From an uncultured virus (IMG/VR IMGVR_UViG_3300018878_000121) (lineage: Duplodnaviria > Heunggongvirae > Uroviricota > Caudoviricetes): a DNA stretch of 64,000 nt. The translations under genes were made by a program, and so were the position numbers. Shown here piece by piece: positions 29,847-42,509 of this stretch. The stretch's first letter is position 1. Each line of letters begins with the position of its first letter. The notes under the pieces are model-generated. The model was not told the origin of the DNA. It saw only the letters and a list, made by a program, of their open reading frames with translations, and searched no databases. The stretch covers positions 1 through 64,000 of the IMG/VR virus record IMGVR_UViG_3300018878_000121; one strand, written 5' to 3'.

Positions 29847-31612
29847 GGTATCAATCCTTTCAGCTGTTTAGGTTGCCAACCTTTTAATTTGTTTGCCGTG
29901 GTAGGTTTCCCTCACCCGGTATATATATTATACCATACTTTATGGTATTTGTCAAGGGGTTTTTGAAAAGTTTTTCAAAAATTTTTTGCGATACTATCAA
30001 GATTTGAAGTCAATTTATCGCATTTTGGACTTCACTTGATGAGGAGATTTTTTACGAGGTTTTACTCACCCTCGCCCCTGACATATATATTATACCATAC
30101 TTTGAGCGATTTGTCAAGGGGTTTTTGAAAAGTTTTTCAAATTTTTTTGAGTGGCTTTCGGCGTCCCCGCGCATCCTTTTGTTTGGTACATATATATTAT
30201 ACCACACAATCACGTTTTTGTCAAGAGGTTTTTCAAAATTTCTCAAAAAATTTTTTCAATATCCAAGAACAAGTCAGATTGTCAATTTTTGGTAATGGTA
30301 TAATATGTGAACGAGTCTATGTTCATTTGTTAATTTTTTATTACGGGAAAACGGCTAATTCACTTGATTGTTAATAAAATGTTTACAATTTTTTTATACG
30401 ATATCTCTTGACAAAATTTCGCCCGTGACCTCCGGCCGCGGGCGACTCAAAAGTCAAGTGTTTTTTATAAATAATTTGTAAATAAATTATGAATGCCAAA
30501 AGTAAAAGAAAGAGAGGGGCTTGCGCCCTCTCCTTATTAAAATTCAAGAATCGGAATATCATCTTCCGCCGCATACACGCCGATAATTTCTTCACCATTA
30601 TGAAGTTCACAGCGTGCCAGCAGTCTGTTTGTGATAATTTCTTTTGCTTCGGAATAATCTTCATCTTCTCCAAAAGTGGTAGGGTCTTTATGGATTTCAT
30701 GAAGTCTTTCAAAAACTTCTTCATTTACATCCATTTCAATCGTGCGATAAAGTGTAACAGCAACTTTCATTTTATTTTACCTCTTTCTCCCCCCTTTATT
30801 GGGGGTACTATTATTATATCACATTTCTTCGGATTTGTCAAGGGGTTTTACAAAATTTCTACATTTTCCCACCAATCTATAAGTTTTACTTCTGTATAAT
30901 AAGTATCCCACGATTCTTTTTTCTTTTTATCCCATTCTTCTTTTGCTTTAATAAATTTTTCCTGCATATCTGTTTCGCTGGTGTAAGCACCCGTATAAAA
31001 AATTGTCTCTTTTGTCCAGTTGCCACGAGAGCCTTGTCCACCATCAACATAACAAGCGGGAACATAAATTTTTGCCATTTTCATTTGCTTTACAATTCTT
31101 GTCATTTTATTTTACCTCTCTCTTTTAGTGCCCCCTGTATTGGGGTACTATTATTATACCACACTTTTGCTTATTTGTCAAGGGATTTAGTAAAATTTTT
31201 ATTCATTAAAAATATATTTCATTGTTTCATTTACCAAATCTTCATCATCATAAATAAATGCATAACCATCTGCTGTACAAGCAAAAATAACTGCTTCATC
31301 TGCTTTACAATATGGTTTAACAATTTCATCCAGTAAATCACACAATTTATCAAAAGTTTTTCTACGTGTCACAACATCTGTTTCTTTATAATGTTTATTT
31401 ATATATATTGATTTATCAATAATCTGTTTGAAATCATTATTGTTTGTTTCAATTTTAATGATGCGATGTCCAGTATCTTCTTCATCCATTTTACGTTTTG
31501 CTAAAATAATACCAAGTTTCATTTTGTTTTATTCCTTTCTATCCCCTGTATCGGGGATGTATATATTATACCACACTTTTTTGAATTTGTCAATAGGTTT
31601 TGCGAAAGTTTT

Positions 31613-32086
31613 TTAAAGAATTTTTGTTTCGCTCACAAAATACTTTGCTTTGTTGGCTTCAAGCAGTCCTTTTACAATAAGGCTTTGCGCTTGCGTTTCT
31701 GCGTAAATGTTGAAAATGGTATATTTACCAATGTTGGGAATATAATTACAAGAAATTCCATTTTCTCTTAAGTCATTATAAAGGCTTTCGGTGTAAGGCT
31801 CACACACAGATGCTTCAATCTTCCAGAGTTTATCTTTACGCGCCTTTTCCTCTACAAACTTAATAATCCATACGCAGATGAAATTTGCGATGGCAGTAAT
31901 TGCCATATTCACCAAAATGCCTACGGTGCCTTGCGCGGTCAGCATGACAATCAGAGGATAGAAACCATAACAAACCGCATTCATCACAGCGGACAGCCAT
32001 TTACCGCTTTTAATGGTGGTAATGGCGCGGATAGTGGAAAGTGATACGTTAATTACAGTAGCGATTGCAAAAATTAAAATATTCAT
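31613..32086 (-). CDS. Membrane protein, UPF0316/DUF5698-like
   Basis: Three hydrophobic helices, VSLSTIR motif, small soluble C-domain. Confidence 0.6.
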   Translation of the reverse strand: MNILIFAIATVINVSLSTIRAITTIKSGKWLSAVMNAVCYGFYPLIVMLTAQGTVGILVNMAITAIANFICVWIIKFVEEKARKDKLWKIEASVCEPYTESLYNDLRENGISCNYIPNIGKYTIFNIYAETQAQSLIVKGLLEANKAKYFVSETKIL

Positions 32087-33169
32087 TTTTTTTTATCCCT
32101 CCGATTCAATTACAATGTGCGTTTTTACTGGAGTTATAGGGCTATCTTCATCACAAGCCCACAGTTGACCAGTTAAAAGCACTACAGCATTAATAGATTC
32201 ATAATCAAAAGATTCAATATTTTTTATTTTCATATTTAAATCGCCATCACAGTCAATGAAGCATTCACCGACTTTAATGTCTTTAATTGTTACCTCTTTG
32301 TCCTTATTTCTCATGTCCTCAACTCTCATTTGTTTTACCTCTTTCTACCCTCTCTCTTGGAGGGTATATATATTATACCACATCCAAGAGAGAAAGTCAA
32401 TGTATAATTTGTATTTATTTTATGAATTCTTTTTGAACGGGCACTGCGTTTCGCCTGCGTGGTCTTTCCACCAGTCTGCAAAATCTTCTGCAGTTAATAC
32501 TTTCATCAAATCATTAATGGAAAGGTTATTAACTCTTTTACAGACCTTCTTGAAGCTAATAGGCTTCTTGAAATGCTTTTCATCATAATATTTGCCATAG
32601 CTATCCCAATCAGAACCCTGCACACGGATGTAAGGACTGCGCCGGAAAAAGGTATAATTTTCTTTGATACCGGGGAATCTGTCTACCTCTTCGCGCAGTT
32701 CCTCAAACGTGCGGCAGGTCGTGCGGAAAGTATCTTCAAAGGTTTTTGCTTCTTCGGGGGTGAGATACTCATAATTGTAATCCCACACAAAAATTTCTTC
32801 CCATTCATCATCAAAGCGGACGTAATTCTTAACAGCGTAAATATTTTTCATTGTTTTATCTCCTTTGCCTGTTGGCTCTTTGTTTTCTGTATATATATTA
32901 TATCATATTATAATAAAAAAGTCAATAGGTTTTCTTTATTGTTTACAAAATGTTCATAATTGCGGGATTTGTATGAATTGACTAAAAACGCCCAAAAATT
33001 TTCTGAAAATTTGTATACATTACCTATTGACAAAAAAAACGCGCGCCACCATCGGCGACGCGCGTTTGAACAAATCAAGTATATTTTGTAAACAATTTGT
33101 GAACTGGAAATTTTCGTCAAAATAAACAAAAATGCATATTACATTTGTAATATGCATTTTGGAAAATAT

Positions 33170-33526
33170 TTACTTTCGGGGAGCAGATAGAGTCAACTTG
33201 AATTTTCTACCATTGTAAAGAAACTCCATTTCACGTTCGGGATTGATAATGGTAAGATTTTCCACTTTGTCAAAAATTGCCATTTCAATGCCTTTGATTA
33301 GTGCTTGCTTGTCGTTGTCGCTTTTGCGTTCCTTGGTGCTTGCTTTGCCGTATGCGTCAACGACTTTGCGCGGTGCTCGCCGCAATTCTTTACTTGCGTT
33401 CTTTTCTTCGGCGGTCTGCTCAAATAGTTTTTCGCCCTTGTCAATGCGCTTATCTGCGTCCATTACGTCGGCGATTTCTTCATCTGTAAAGCCGAGCCGC
33501 CGCATTGCTTTTTCCTGTTCGCTCAT
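33170..33526 (-). CDS. hypothetical protein (paralog of 29005-29421)
   Basis: See paralog. Confidence 0.75.
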   Translation of the reverse strand: MSEQEKAMRRLGFTDEEIADVMDADKRIDKGEKLFEQTAEEKNASKELRRAPRKVVDAYGKASTKERKSDNDKQALIKGIEMAIFDKVENLTIINPEREMEFLYNGRKFKLTLSAPRK

Positions 33527-33557
33527 GGATTACGTCCCCCCTCTTGGGGGAGGGGGA

Positions 33558-33947
33558 TTAAACCCCCTCCGGAATGCGGAAGTAAGATACGCGCTTTACG
33601 ATTACCTTTTCAAGCTTGCCATCTTCTACCATCTGGCGAACCAGTGCGGTAATCTTCTGCGGAGAAAGTCCAGCGCACGCAGGCACGTTCTTGATGAAGT
33701 CGGTAACAGTGTGCTGTTCGCCGCTCGCGGTTGCGAATTCAAGAATCGCCGCCTTAAGCCCCTGATTTGCGATGTCCTTTTCAGTGAGCTTCTTGTTGTC
33801 GCTGTTGTTCTTGCGAGCCAGCAGGTCAAGTTCGTTGTTGATGAAATCAACGAGTGCGGGATTTGCGGCAACTTCGGGGAGCTGGAGCAGGGTGTTGAAG
33901 TGGTCGCGCTTAGTGAGCTTCTTGGAAGTAGAGTTAGTAGTAGCCAT
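33558..33947 (-). CDS. Putative winged-helix DNA-binding protein
   Basis: Paralog of 29448-29846. Confidence 0.75.
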   Translation of the reverse strand: MATTNSTSKKLTKRDHFNTLLQLPEVAANPALVDFINNELDLLARKNNSDNKKLTEKDIANQGLKAAILEFATASGEQHTVTDFIKNVPACAGLSPQKITALVRQMVEDGKLEKVIVKRVSYFRIPEGV

Positions 33948-34091
33948 GGTATCAATCCTTTCAGCGTAGGTCGCTACCCATTATTTTTATTTTACCGATT
34001 GGAGGTCGTGCCCTCTTGCTTCGGTATATATATTATATCATACTTTGAGCGATTTGTCAAGGGGTTTTGCAAAAGTTTTTGAAAAATTTTT

Positions 34092-34198
34092 TGGAGGCAG
34101 TGGTAGGAGTTGAACCTACGTTTTCCAATGGCGAACGTTTCCATTTGTTGTATCTCAAGCCATCTTTATGGAAATAGAGCCGCTTCTATCTCACTGCC
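34092..34198 (-). ncRNA. Stand-alone tRNA-like RNA with ~41-nt expanded anticodon region
   Basis: GGCAGTG/CACTGCC-T-CCA, T arm GTAGG-TTCAACT-CCTAC, TTCCA/TGGAA stem; own promoter at 34229-34266. Confidence 0.72.
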
Positions 34199-34316
34199 AT
34201 ATTATCGGGGAGGATTTGTTCCTCTCTTCTGTATATATATTATATCATACTTTTGCGGTTTTGTCAAGGGGTTTTGCGAAATTTCTTAAAGTTTTTTTTG
34301 CGGTAGTCATGGGGGA

Positions 34317-35021
34317 TTAATTCCCCCATAACTCTTTCTGCATTGCCTTGTGTTGTCTGAAACAGTACGCCATTATCTGCGCTTCAATTTCCACATCTTC
34401 AAGCCCTGTATGATTTTCAACAAAATCATTATTGCGGGAAATGAATCTGTAAAGATTTTCCGCTGTCATGGAAAGTCTGCCAGTTTTTGTCAGATAACCA
34501 TGTTCTTCACAAAATGCGCGGTAGGTGGGCATCTTTCCGATTACACTTTGCGCCATCTTCATACTGTCCCAAATTGTAATTCCATAAGGGAGAAAATAGC
34601 GGTACTTGCTTTTTGTAGTCCAGCGCTCTGTGCTGTTTAGGCTGTTGTAGTCAAAACGGGCGTTATGCGCGCAAATTGTATCAACTGCGAAATCTGCGAT
34701 ATCATTCAGCAGAGCCGAGCGCATTTGATAGGTATTAGCCACAATGCGCCTACCCGCTTCAATGTCTGCGAGATACTGCGGGATTTTATTTGCGTAGTAT
34801 GCCGACTTCATCAGTTCAGCTTCATGGAAGAAAATATCAGAATTTACAAAACTCTTTTTGCGGTAGATGTTTCCATGCTTATCAGTTACCGCCCACCCAA
34901 GGTCATACACAAGTGTACTACTTGTGTCAAGCTGTCCTCTTTCATCGCGGAAGGTGTTTGCGGTTTCCGTGTCAAGCACGATAATGTAATGTCTGCGGCG
35001 GTCAATCTTTTCTGTGTTCAT
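34317..35021 (-). CDS. DEDDh 3'-5' exonuclease
   Basis: LDTET, AHNARFD, HTGLED motifs. Confidence 0.88.
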   Translation of the reverse strand: MNTEKIDRRRHYIIVLDTETANTFRDERGQLDTSSTLVYDLGWAVTDKHGNIYRKKSFVNSDIFFHEAELMKSAYYANKIPQYLADIEAGRRIVANTYQMRSALLNDIADFAVDTICAHNARFDYNSLNSTERWTTKSKYRYFLPYGITIWDSMKMAQSVIGKMPTYRAFCEEHGYLTKTGRLSMTAENLYRFISRNNDFVENHTGLEDVEIEAQIMAYCFRQHKAMQKELWGN

Positions 35022-36291
35022 TGGTCTATCTCTCTTTCTACCCCCTGTATCGGGGGTATATATATTATATCATACTTTGAGCGATTTGTCAAGGGGTTTT
35101 GCGAAAGTTTTTTAAAGATTTTTAGCGGGGGAAAAAGCAAGCACTTCTGTCATTCCATACTACTATGTATTTGTCGCCATTGACTTCTTCTACTCTGTGA
35201 AGGGTGGCTTCGTAGAAACCGCATTCCATGAGCGCGTTATACTCATCACGGGCATCATTGAAATTATTGAATTGGGTTACTACGCCCTCAATTTCTACCT
35301 CAAAATAAATTTTAGTGTTAGTCATTTGTGATGTACCTCTCTTTCTTTTCTGTATATATATTATACCACATATCAAGCCAAAAGTCAATAGGTTTTTGAA
35401 AAAAATCTTTCGTCAAATTGCACAAACATTTTGGGAAAATTTCCCTTCACAATTTGTTTACAAAATGCTTACAAAAAAGTATTGAAATTCACAATTTGTT
35501 CAAAAACCGGCCGCTTGGAGCGCGGGCGGCCGGCCCAAAAGTCAAGTCAAAATTTGTAAATAAAATGAAAACAAAATATGAATTGAAATGAAAAAATGAA
35601 TCCAAAAAATGGAAACAAAAATTGAAATTGAAATAAAAAACCGCCCAAAGGCGGCTTTTATTTAATAGGTGATACGAATATTATTCAATCTATCTGTATA
35701 TGATTCTGGACCATCTTCTTCAAACAGTCTTGTTCCGTTAGCAACTCTTCCACGTTGAACGCAGAAGAAAATACCATCTTTTCTTGCCCGAGAAATTAAA
35801 TCATTAAATTCTTCCATATAATTATCGCGTGTAATTTCTTTTTTTCTTCTTTCAATGATAAGTTTAAGCTCTTCGGCGGTGACTTCCATCAGAACAACAT
35901 TCTCTTCAACTTCATTAAATCTACCAGTAGGCATTTTGTTTTCTCTCTTTCTTCCGTTCTTTTGGGCTTCCGGATTTCCTCTGTATATATATTATATCAT
36001 ACTTTGCGGTGTTTGTCAAGAGGTTTTGCGAAATTTTTTGAAAAAAATTTTTTATGCCAAGAATTCACCAGTTTGAATATAATGCCAGATAGCTTCTATG
36101 CAAGTATGCTCAAAATCATCTATGCGTTTTTCATCATGGCATTTATCATTTAATGGACATTCTTCACATTTAAAAATTGGGATATCAATAGATTTTGGGT
36201 CAATAATTGCTTGAAAACGTTTAAACTGAATATTTTCTTCCATGCTATTTCTTTCCTGTATTAAAACTTTTTTGAATTTACCTGTATGCGC

Positions 36292-36758
36292 TCAATCCAA
36301 GAGCGCATACAGTAATTCAAGAATATCAATCGCGGTCGGGTCAAACGCTTCGCCCATGTGCCAGCCCTTGCGAACCTTTTCATTGTCATCAAAGAGCAAG
36401 CGGTTTCGTCCTCTTCAAGGTATCTGCGGATGCTGTCAGCCTTAGTCGCGCCATACTTTACACCGTGGAAGTGAGTGTAAGGAATGCCGAGGGCTTCAAG
36501 CCATTCTCGCTTCGCTTCGCGTACCGCTTCATCATACTCGGGAGTGCTTTCCTTTGACAGCCAAGTGATAATGCGAATTTCAACGCCGTTATCAATCAGC
36601 GTATTCAGGATGCAAGCAAGCTCCTCTTCATCCCACATACATTCTGCTTCCCGATACGGGGCAGGGTCAAACGCACGAAGCTGTTCAAGCCAGTTGGGCA
36701 CGTTGTAAAGGTCTGCGAGGGTGCCGTCCATGTCAAAGCAAATCATCTTAGGTAACAT
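36292..36758 (-). CDS. HAD-family phosphatase/nucleotidase, apparent 1-nt frameshift near 36398
   Basis: FDMDGTLAD motif I; motif IV LFDD lies in the shifted frame. Confidence 0.75.
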
Positions 36759-37456
36759 AGTTTTTACTTCCTTTCTCTTGGAACCTCTTGGGTTCCTCTG
36801 TATATATATTATATCACATTTCCGGTCGTTTGTCAAGAGGTTTTGCGAAATTTTTTAAATTTTTTTTCGCAAGGTAGAGGTCACTTGACCTCTACCACAT
36901 CCACGATTTCCCATTCTTTGGCAGGATAATCGGTCTCGTTATCAAGGCGATACATACATTCTTTCTTCGCTTCACCTTTATTACTCGCTTTAACGAAGTA
37001 TTCATCCCATCCAAATTTCTTGTGATAAACAGAGCAAGCATAAGTTTTCATCTCCATGTGTCCTTTCTTTGGTCGCCTATTGGCTTTCCTTTACTGTATA
37101 TATATTATATCATATTTTAATAAAAATGTCAATGAATATTCTGTAAATAGATTGTGAAGTTTCTGTGAACTGGCCTATTGGTAGTTTCAGGAAATGGGAA
37201 ACATATGCGAATTATCCAGTTTTTGCCATAAAAAATGCGGAATTAGGTGGCCATTAGAAATACCGCTCGTTTCGGGTGGTAAACGCCCGGAAACGAGCGG
37301 GCGCCCACAATTGTAAATTTTTTAAAAAAATTTTATGAACAAATTGTGAACAAAATATGAACAAAAATGTATGAACAAATTGTGAACAGAATATGAACAA
37401 ATTGTTACCAAAGCGGCTGGATATTTTTTCCACCCAGCCGCTTTATTTTACATCTG

Positions 37457-37822
37457 TCACATAGGGATTCTATCAACCGCATCCGCCTGCGCGATTGCTT
37501 TTTCAATCAGTGTATCAAGCGCTTTTTCAATTCTCGCAAGCTCTGCTTTGTTCTTGACTATATAATGGTCATTCCCTTTACGTTCAACATCAAAGTTGTT
37601 TTCAAGAATCAAATGCGCGTTAGCCTCAATTACTCTGCGATATGCGATATTATCGTCGCACTCCCAATTTTTCATGATTAGGTCTTTGTCTCTGTAAAAT
37701 ACCTCTCTTGCTCTTCGGATAACGTTATTTGTTTCGCCGATTTTAATGACGTAGGTGCCGCGCTTTTTTTCTTGTAAAGCAAGCACCGTTTTTTCGTTCA
37801 TCGCATAGTAAACACAGCTCAT
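37457..37822 (-). CDS. GIY-YIG/T5orf172-like protein
   Basis: VYY...IKIGETNNVIRRARE...IE...H. Confidence 0.55.
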   Translation of the reverse strand: MSCVYYAMNEKTVLALQEKKRGTYVIKIGETNNVIRRAREVFYRDKDLIMKNWECDDNIAYRRVIEANAHLILENNFDVERKGNDHYIVKNKAELARIEKALDTLIEKAIAQADAVDRIPM

Positions 37823-39292
37823 TTTATATTACCTCTTTCTTTATTTTTTGTTGGAGTCAATCCCCGCTTTACGCGGGGATTTTTCTGACCAGCTTGCCGT
37901 GCTTCATTTCTTCCACCTTAAGCTCGCGCTTGCTGAATCCCTTCACTGCTGTTCTGTAGCCGTCTGCGAAAATAAACCACCAAAACATCTTTTTTATCCC
38001 CCTTTTATTATTCGTGTTCAGCTCTGTCAACGTACTTAACAACTTCAACGGGTACGTCACACATAATTGCGATTTCTTCAATGCCGTACAAGTAAACATC
38101 GCCGACGCATTCATCAAGCAGGTTTGCAATTTCTACATACTTTTCAAAAGTGATGCTTTCAATAGTCATTTTTTTAATCTCTCTTTCTTCCGTTCTTTGT
38201 GGCTTCCGGATTTCCTTTACTGTATCTATTATACCACACAATTGCGATTCTGTCAAGGGGGTTTTTGAAATTTCTTTAAAAAAAATGTATTTTGTACGTT
38301 TTGCACAAAAATGTATAAATATTCATTTTTGTATAATTTGACTAAAAATGTATATTATACATTTTTGTGCAATTTGACGAACGAACATTTGTTCGCGTAT
38401 AGTTTTGCGATTTTCTGCTTTTACCATTTTCTTCCAGCACTTACAAATTTTCCCATTTACCAGAAAATGGTAAAAAGACCGTTAAATTCTTAACAAGCGC
38501 ATCCAGTTTCTTCCATTACCAAATGGTGGATGAATTTCCAAAATTTACCGGGTAGGGAAAACGCGAAAACTGTTTTTTCCAAAAACTGGAATTTCGTGAA
38601 AATTTTAACAATCGCGCGGCCGCCCCTTATTTTAACACTTTATCACTTTACCATACTAAAGCGCGACTTCGGGGCCCCGCGACACTTGTCGTACAAAACG
38701 GAAGGCTGGCATTGTGAAATTTTTCACAAACACGAAAATCGTCAAAAAACTGTTTTTCACTTTCACGCTTTACCATACTAAAGTGTGTGAAATTTTTAAC
38801 AATCGGCGGGCCGCAGGGGAGAGGGTTTGTTAACAAAAAATTTACAATTTAAAAATTTACAATTTGTTTACATTCGGGAGAATTTGTTCACAATTTATTT
38901 ACAATTTATTTAAAAAAAAATATTGAAATTCACAGTTTGTTCACAAATTCGGGCCCTGGGGCCCGAGAACAGAGATAATTGTGAACAAATTGTAAATTTT
39001 TTGTTAACAATTCATAAATTGTTAACAAAAAATTTACAATTTGTTCACAATTTGTTCACATTCGGGAAATAAAAAGTTTACAATTTGTTCACAATTTGTT
39101 TACAAAAAATTCACAAATTGTTCACAATTTGTGAACTCCGGCCGCTTGGAACGCGAGCGGCCGGCTCAAAATCAAGCATATTTTGTAAATAATTTGTAAA
39201 TTAAAAATGAATTTTTTGTAAACAATTTATGAATTTTTTATTCATAGAAATTTTACAATTTGTTCATAAATTAAAAATGGTAAATGCTGGAA

Positions 39293-42200
39293 TTACCAGC
39301 ATTTACCAATCTTTGCGATTAATTTTTTTTGGTAATCTCTACCATGCGCAAACACCCACTTGCTTTTGATTTTGTGATTTGTTTCATTATAAATATTAGT
39401 GCTTCTGATTGCGCTCTCAAGCCATCTGACATTGTTTGCCATAAGCACTTCACCAGTAGTAAGATTGTAAGCGGCATGCGGTCTGTTGTTAGTAGTCATT
39501 TTATTTACTTCCTTTCTGTGAGGGTTTCTCCCTCTCTCTGTATATATTATACCACACTTTTGGTTTTTTGTCAATAGGTTTTTGAAAAGTTTTTTATTTT
39601 TTATTTTTTTTTTTTAATAGAAAGAGAGGGCTTTCGCCCTCTCTCTTTATCTCGGACAATAACCGACCCACATGCCCCATCCGGTAATCGTAAATCTTTT
39701 ATTGCTCATTCTCTTGATGTTTGCGTGAAGTGTCTCACTTGCTTCATCAAACATTTCAAAAGGCTTATACCCGAGCGGTTCGTCTGTTTCAAAAGTTCTT
39801 GACATAATGTATTCGGTATCCTTATAGCGGAATGCAATCGTAACAGTTCTCATTTTTTATCTCTCTTTCTACGGTTTTTATTGAGGTTGTCCGTTCCTCT
39901 GTTCTGTATATATTATACCACACTTTTGCGTATTTGTCAATACCTTTTTGAAAATTTATTTATGAATTTTTTGTTAAGAAAAAAAGCTGTTTATAAAACA
40001 GCTTTTAATCTATAACAACAAATTCCATCTTCATTTTTTCTTTCAACTGCGTTATGCTTTTCCAAATGCCACAGGAAATCATTAACAATACCAACATCAC
40101 TAAAGAATGTTGTACATCTTGCGATAAGATACATTTTTGACTTCCATTCATAAGACAATTCTTCTGCTACCTTTGCCATAATTTCACTCATGCGATTTTC
40201 CATTTTGTTTACCTCTTTCTACCGTTCTTTTGGGCTTCCGGTTTTCCTCTTGTCTATATATATTATACCATACTTTTACGCATTTGTCAATAGGTTTTTG
40301 AAAATTTCTTAAAAAAATTTTGAGAGGGTTTTCGGGAACCCTCTCGCTTTAATTAACTAAAATGTTGCTTCGTTCTGTAAAATGTGCCTGCGCTTTTGTA
40401 TATTCTTTTTGATTACGTTTGATAACCATTGCGGCGTATTGTTGTAAGTCACATAATTAGCCTGCTTATATTCTGCTATGTACATTGTGATTATCATGCC
40501 TTCTTCGTCCTTGACTATCAGAACGCCTGTGTCTGTCAAGCAAGATACTGTCGGTGTGGTGGATGAATGGCGTTTAAATACGATGTTGCCATATCCAATA
40601 GTAGTGGCGATGTAAGCCACGCGGTCAAGGCGGTCTGCGCGCAGATGGTGGGAGATGTTTACTCTTTCAGTCATTTTATTTACCTCTTTCTTTTGGAAGG
40701 TGTGTTGTTTTCTTTCTGTATATATTATACCACATTTTTGTGTATTTGTCAATAGTTTTTTGAAAATTTATTTATGAACTTTTTGTAAACAAAAGGTACT
40801 GCTTTTCAGCAGTACCCGCGTCTCATGATTTTCCTTTTTTCTGTTCCGATTATGCGGCAAGCTAACCGCACTGCGTGCCTGCGCTGGATTCTGATGCTTG
40901 CGCTTACCTCTTTGTCGTGCATCCAGTTGTCAAGGGCATCGCGCAATTCCATACGCTTATCTACCAATCTTCCCCAAATTTCATCATATCTTTCGTCGTA
41001 GGGGATGCGGTCAAGCGCATTGTTAATAAGGGTGATTCGGGTGATAGTGTTGATGATTTTCATTGTTTTATCTCTCTTTCTTTTGGAGGGTGGCTCATTG
41101 ACTCTCTCCCTCTCTCTGTATATATTATACCACATTTTAATAGATTTGTCAAGGGGTTTTTTAAACTTTTTTCAAGAAATTTTCTTGGGGAAAAGCACCT
41201 GCGCATTTGGGAGTTTACTAACCCTTTCCCCCTTGACATATATATTATACCATACTTTGATTGAAAAGTCAATAGGTTTTTGAAAATTTATTTGTAAACA
41301 AAATATGAACTAATTTCGGGATACTGCTACCGAACAAATGTTTGTGCCTTACTTTAACAATTTATCACTTTACCATACTAAAGCGCGAATTCGGGCCCCC
41401 ACTACACCTGTCGTATGGAACGGATTGTTAAAACTTTAACAAGCGCATCCAGTAGACAAAAGAAAGATGGAGATTACTCTCCATCTGTCAGATTCATTGC
41501 TATTACGAACATGTTCCAGTCTGCGTGCTGTGGTTCGCTCGTGTTGTTGTCTGCGATAATGTCAAGGTAGCTTACACCTGCCCAAATAGCAAGGGCGATT
41601 AAAATGGCGTTGATGGCTTTAAGAATTTTCATTGTCTTTGTATCCTTTCTTTGAGAGGGTTTGTTTTTTCTTTTCCCTTTCTCTATATATATTATATCAT
41701 ATTTTAATAGATTTGTCAATAGTTTTTCTTCAATTTAATTGTAAACGATTTATTAACATCGTTAAAACTTTAACAAGCGCAGGCATTAGATAAGCAAGCA
41801 TTTGTGATGCTTGCTTAATCTATTCACGCGAGACAAGCGTACAGAGTGAACTTCCTTTCTTCTACTTTGATGATGCCTTCATCAGCCATCTCGCGCAGTA
41901 CGTCAATCACGCGCAGACCATCGCCATTATAGCCCTTGATACCTGCTCTTGCCATAATGGTGTAGTAGGGAAGCCATTCAGCCATTACCGCATTTCTATT
42001 CTGAATCTTGTTTCTAATGTTCATCTTGCTTACGTTGATACCCATTTGTGTTACCTCTTTCTTTTGGTTGTTTTTGTTTTGTGCGCTCTCTGTCGCGCTC
42101 TTGTTTCTTTCTGTATATATTATACCACATTTTTGTGCATTTGTCAATAGGTTTTCGCAATATTTTTTTATTAACTTTTTATGAACATCGTTAAAACTTT

Positions 42201-42509
42201 AACAAACTCATACCACTGGACTACCAACAGCAGACAAAGAAAAGATGTGAGGTTTTACCCTCACATCCATCCAAGCTCTGCGCTTACTTCATTGAACTGC
42301 TCTTCATTGACATCGTACTCTACGTACTTTCTGCCATTCTCTTCGTAGAAGAAGAAGTTGCGCATCTCTACTCTGCCGCTTTCATAAATTTCATTAAACC
42401 ACGCTTCACTCGTTGCTACTGTAATCATCATTTTTTTAATCTCTCTTTCTGCCTTTCTTTTGGGCTTCAGGCTTTCCTCTGTTCTGTATATATTATACCA
42501 CACTTTCAT
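39293..42509 (-). CDS. Series of single-gene early units encoding short hypothetical proteins
   Basis: Each with promoter, AGAGG/AGAGAG RBS and ATG 20-30 codons inside the listed ORFs. Confidence 0.65.

Noticed and set aside
38300..39290. CRISPR array
   Set aside because: Repeats are short, degenerate, on both strands and without regular unique spacers
26072..41283. Plus-strand ORFs in the early region (e.g. 33243-34082) and ORFs inside repeat islands
   Set aside because: Antisense shadows of minus-strand genes or chance frames in non-coding repeats
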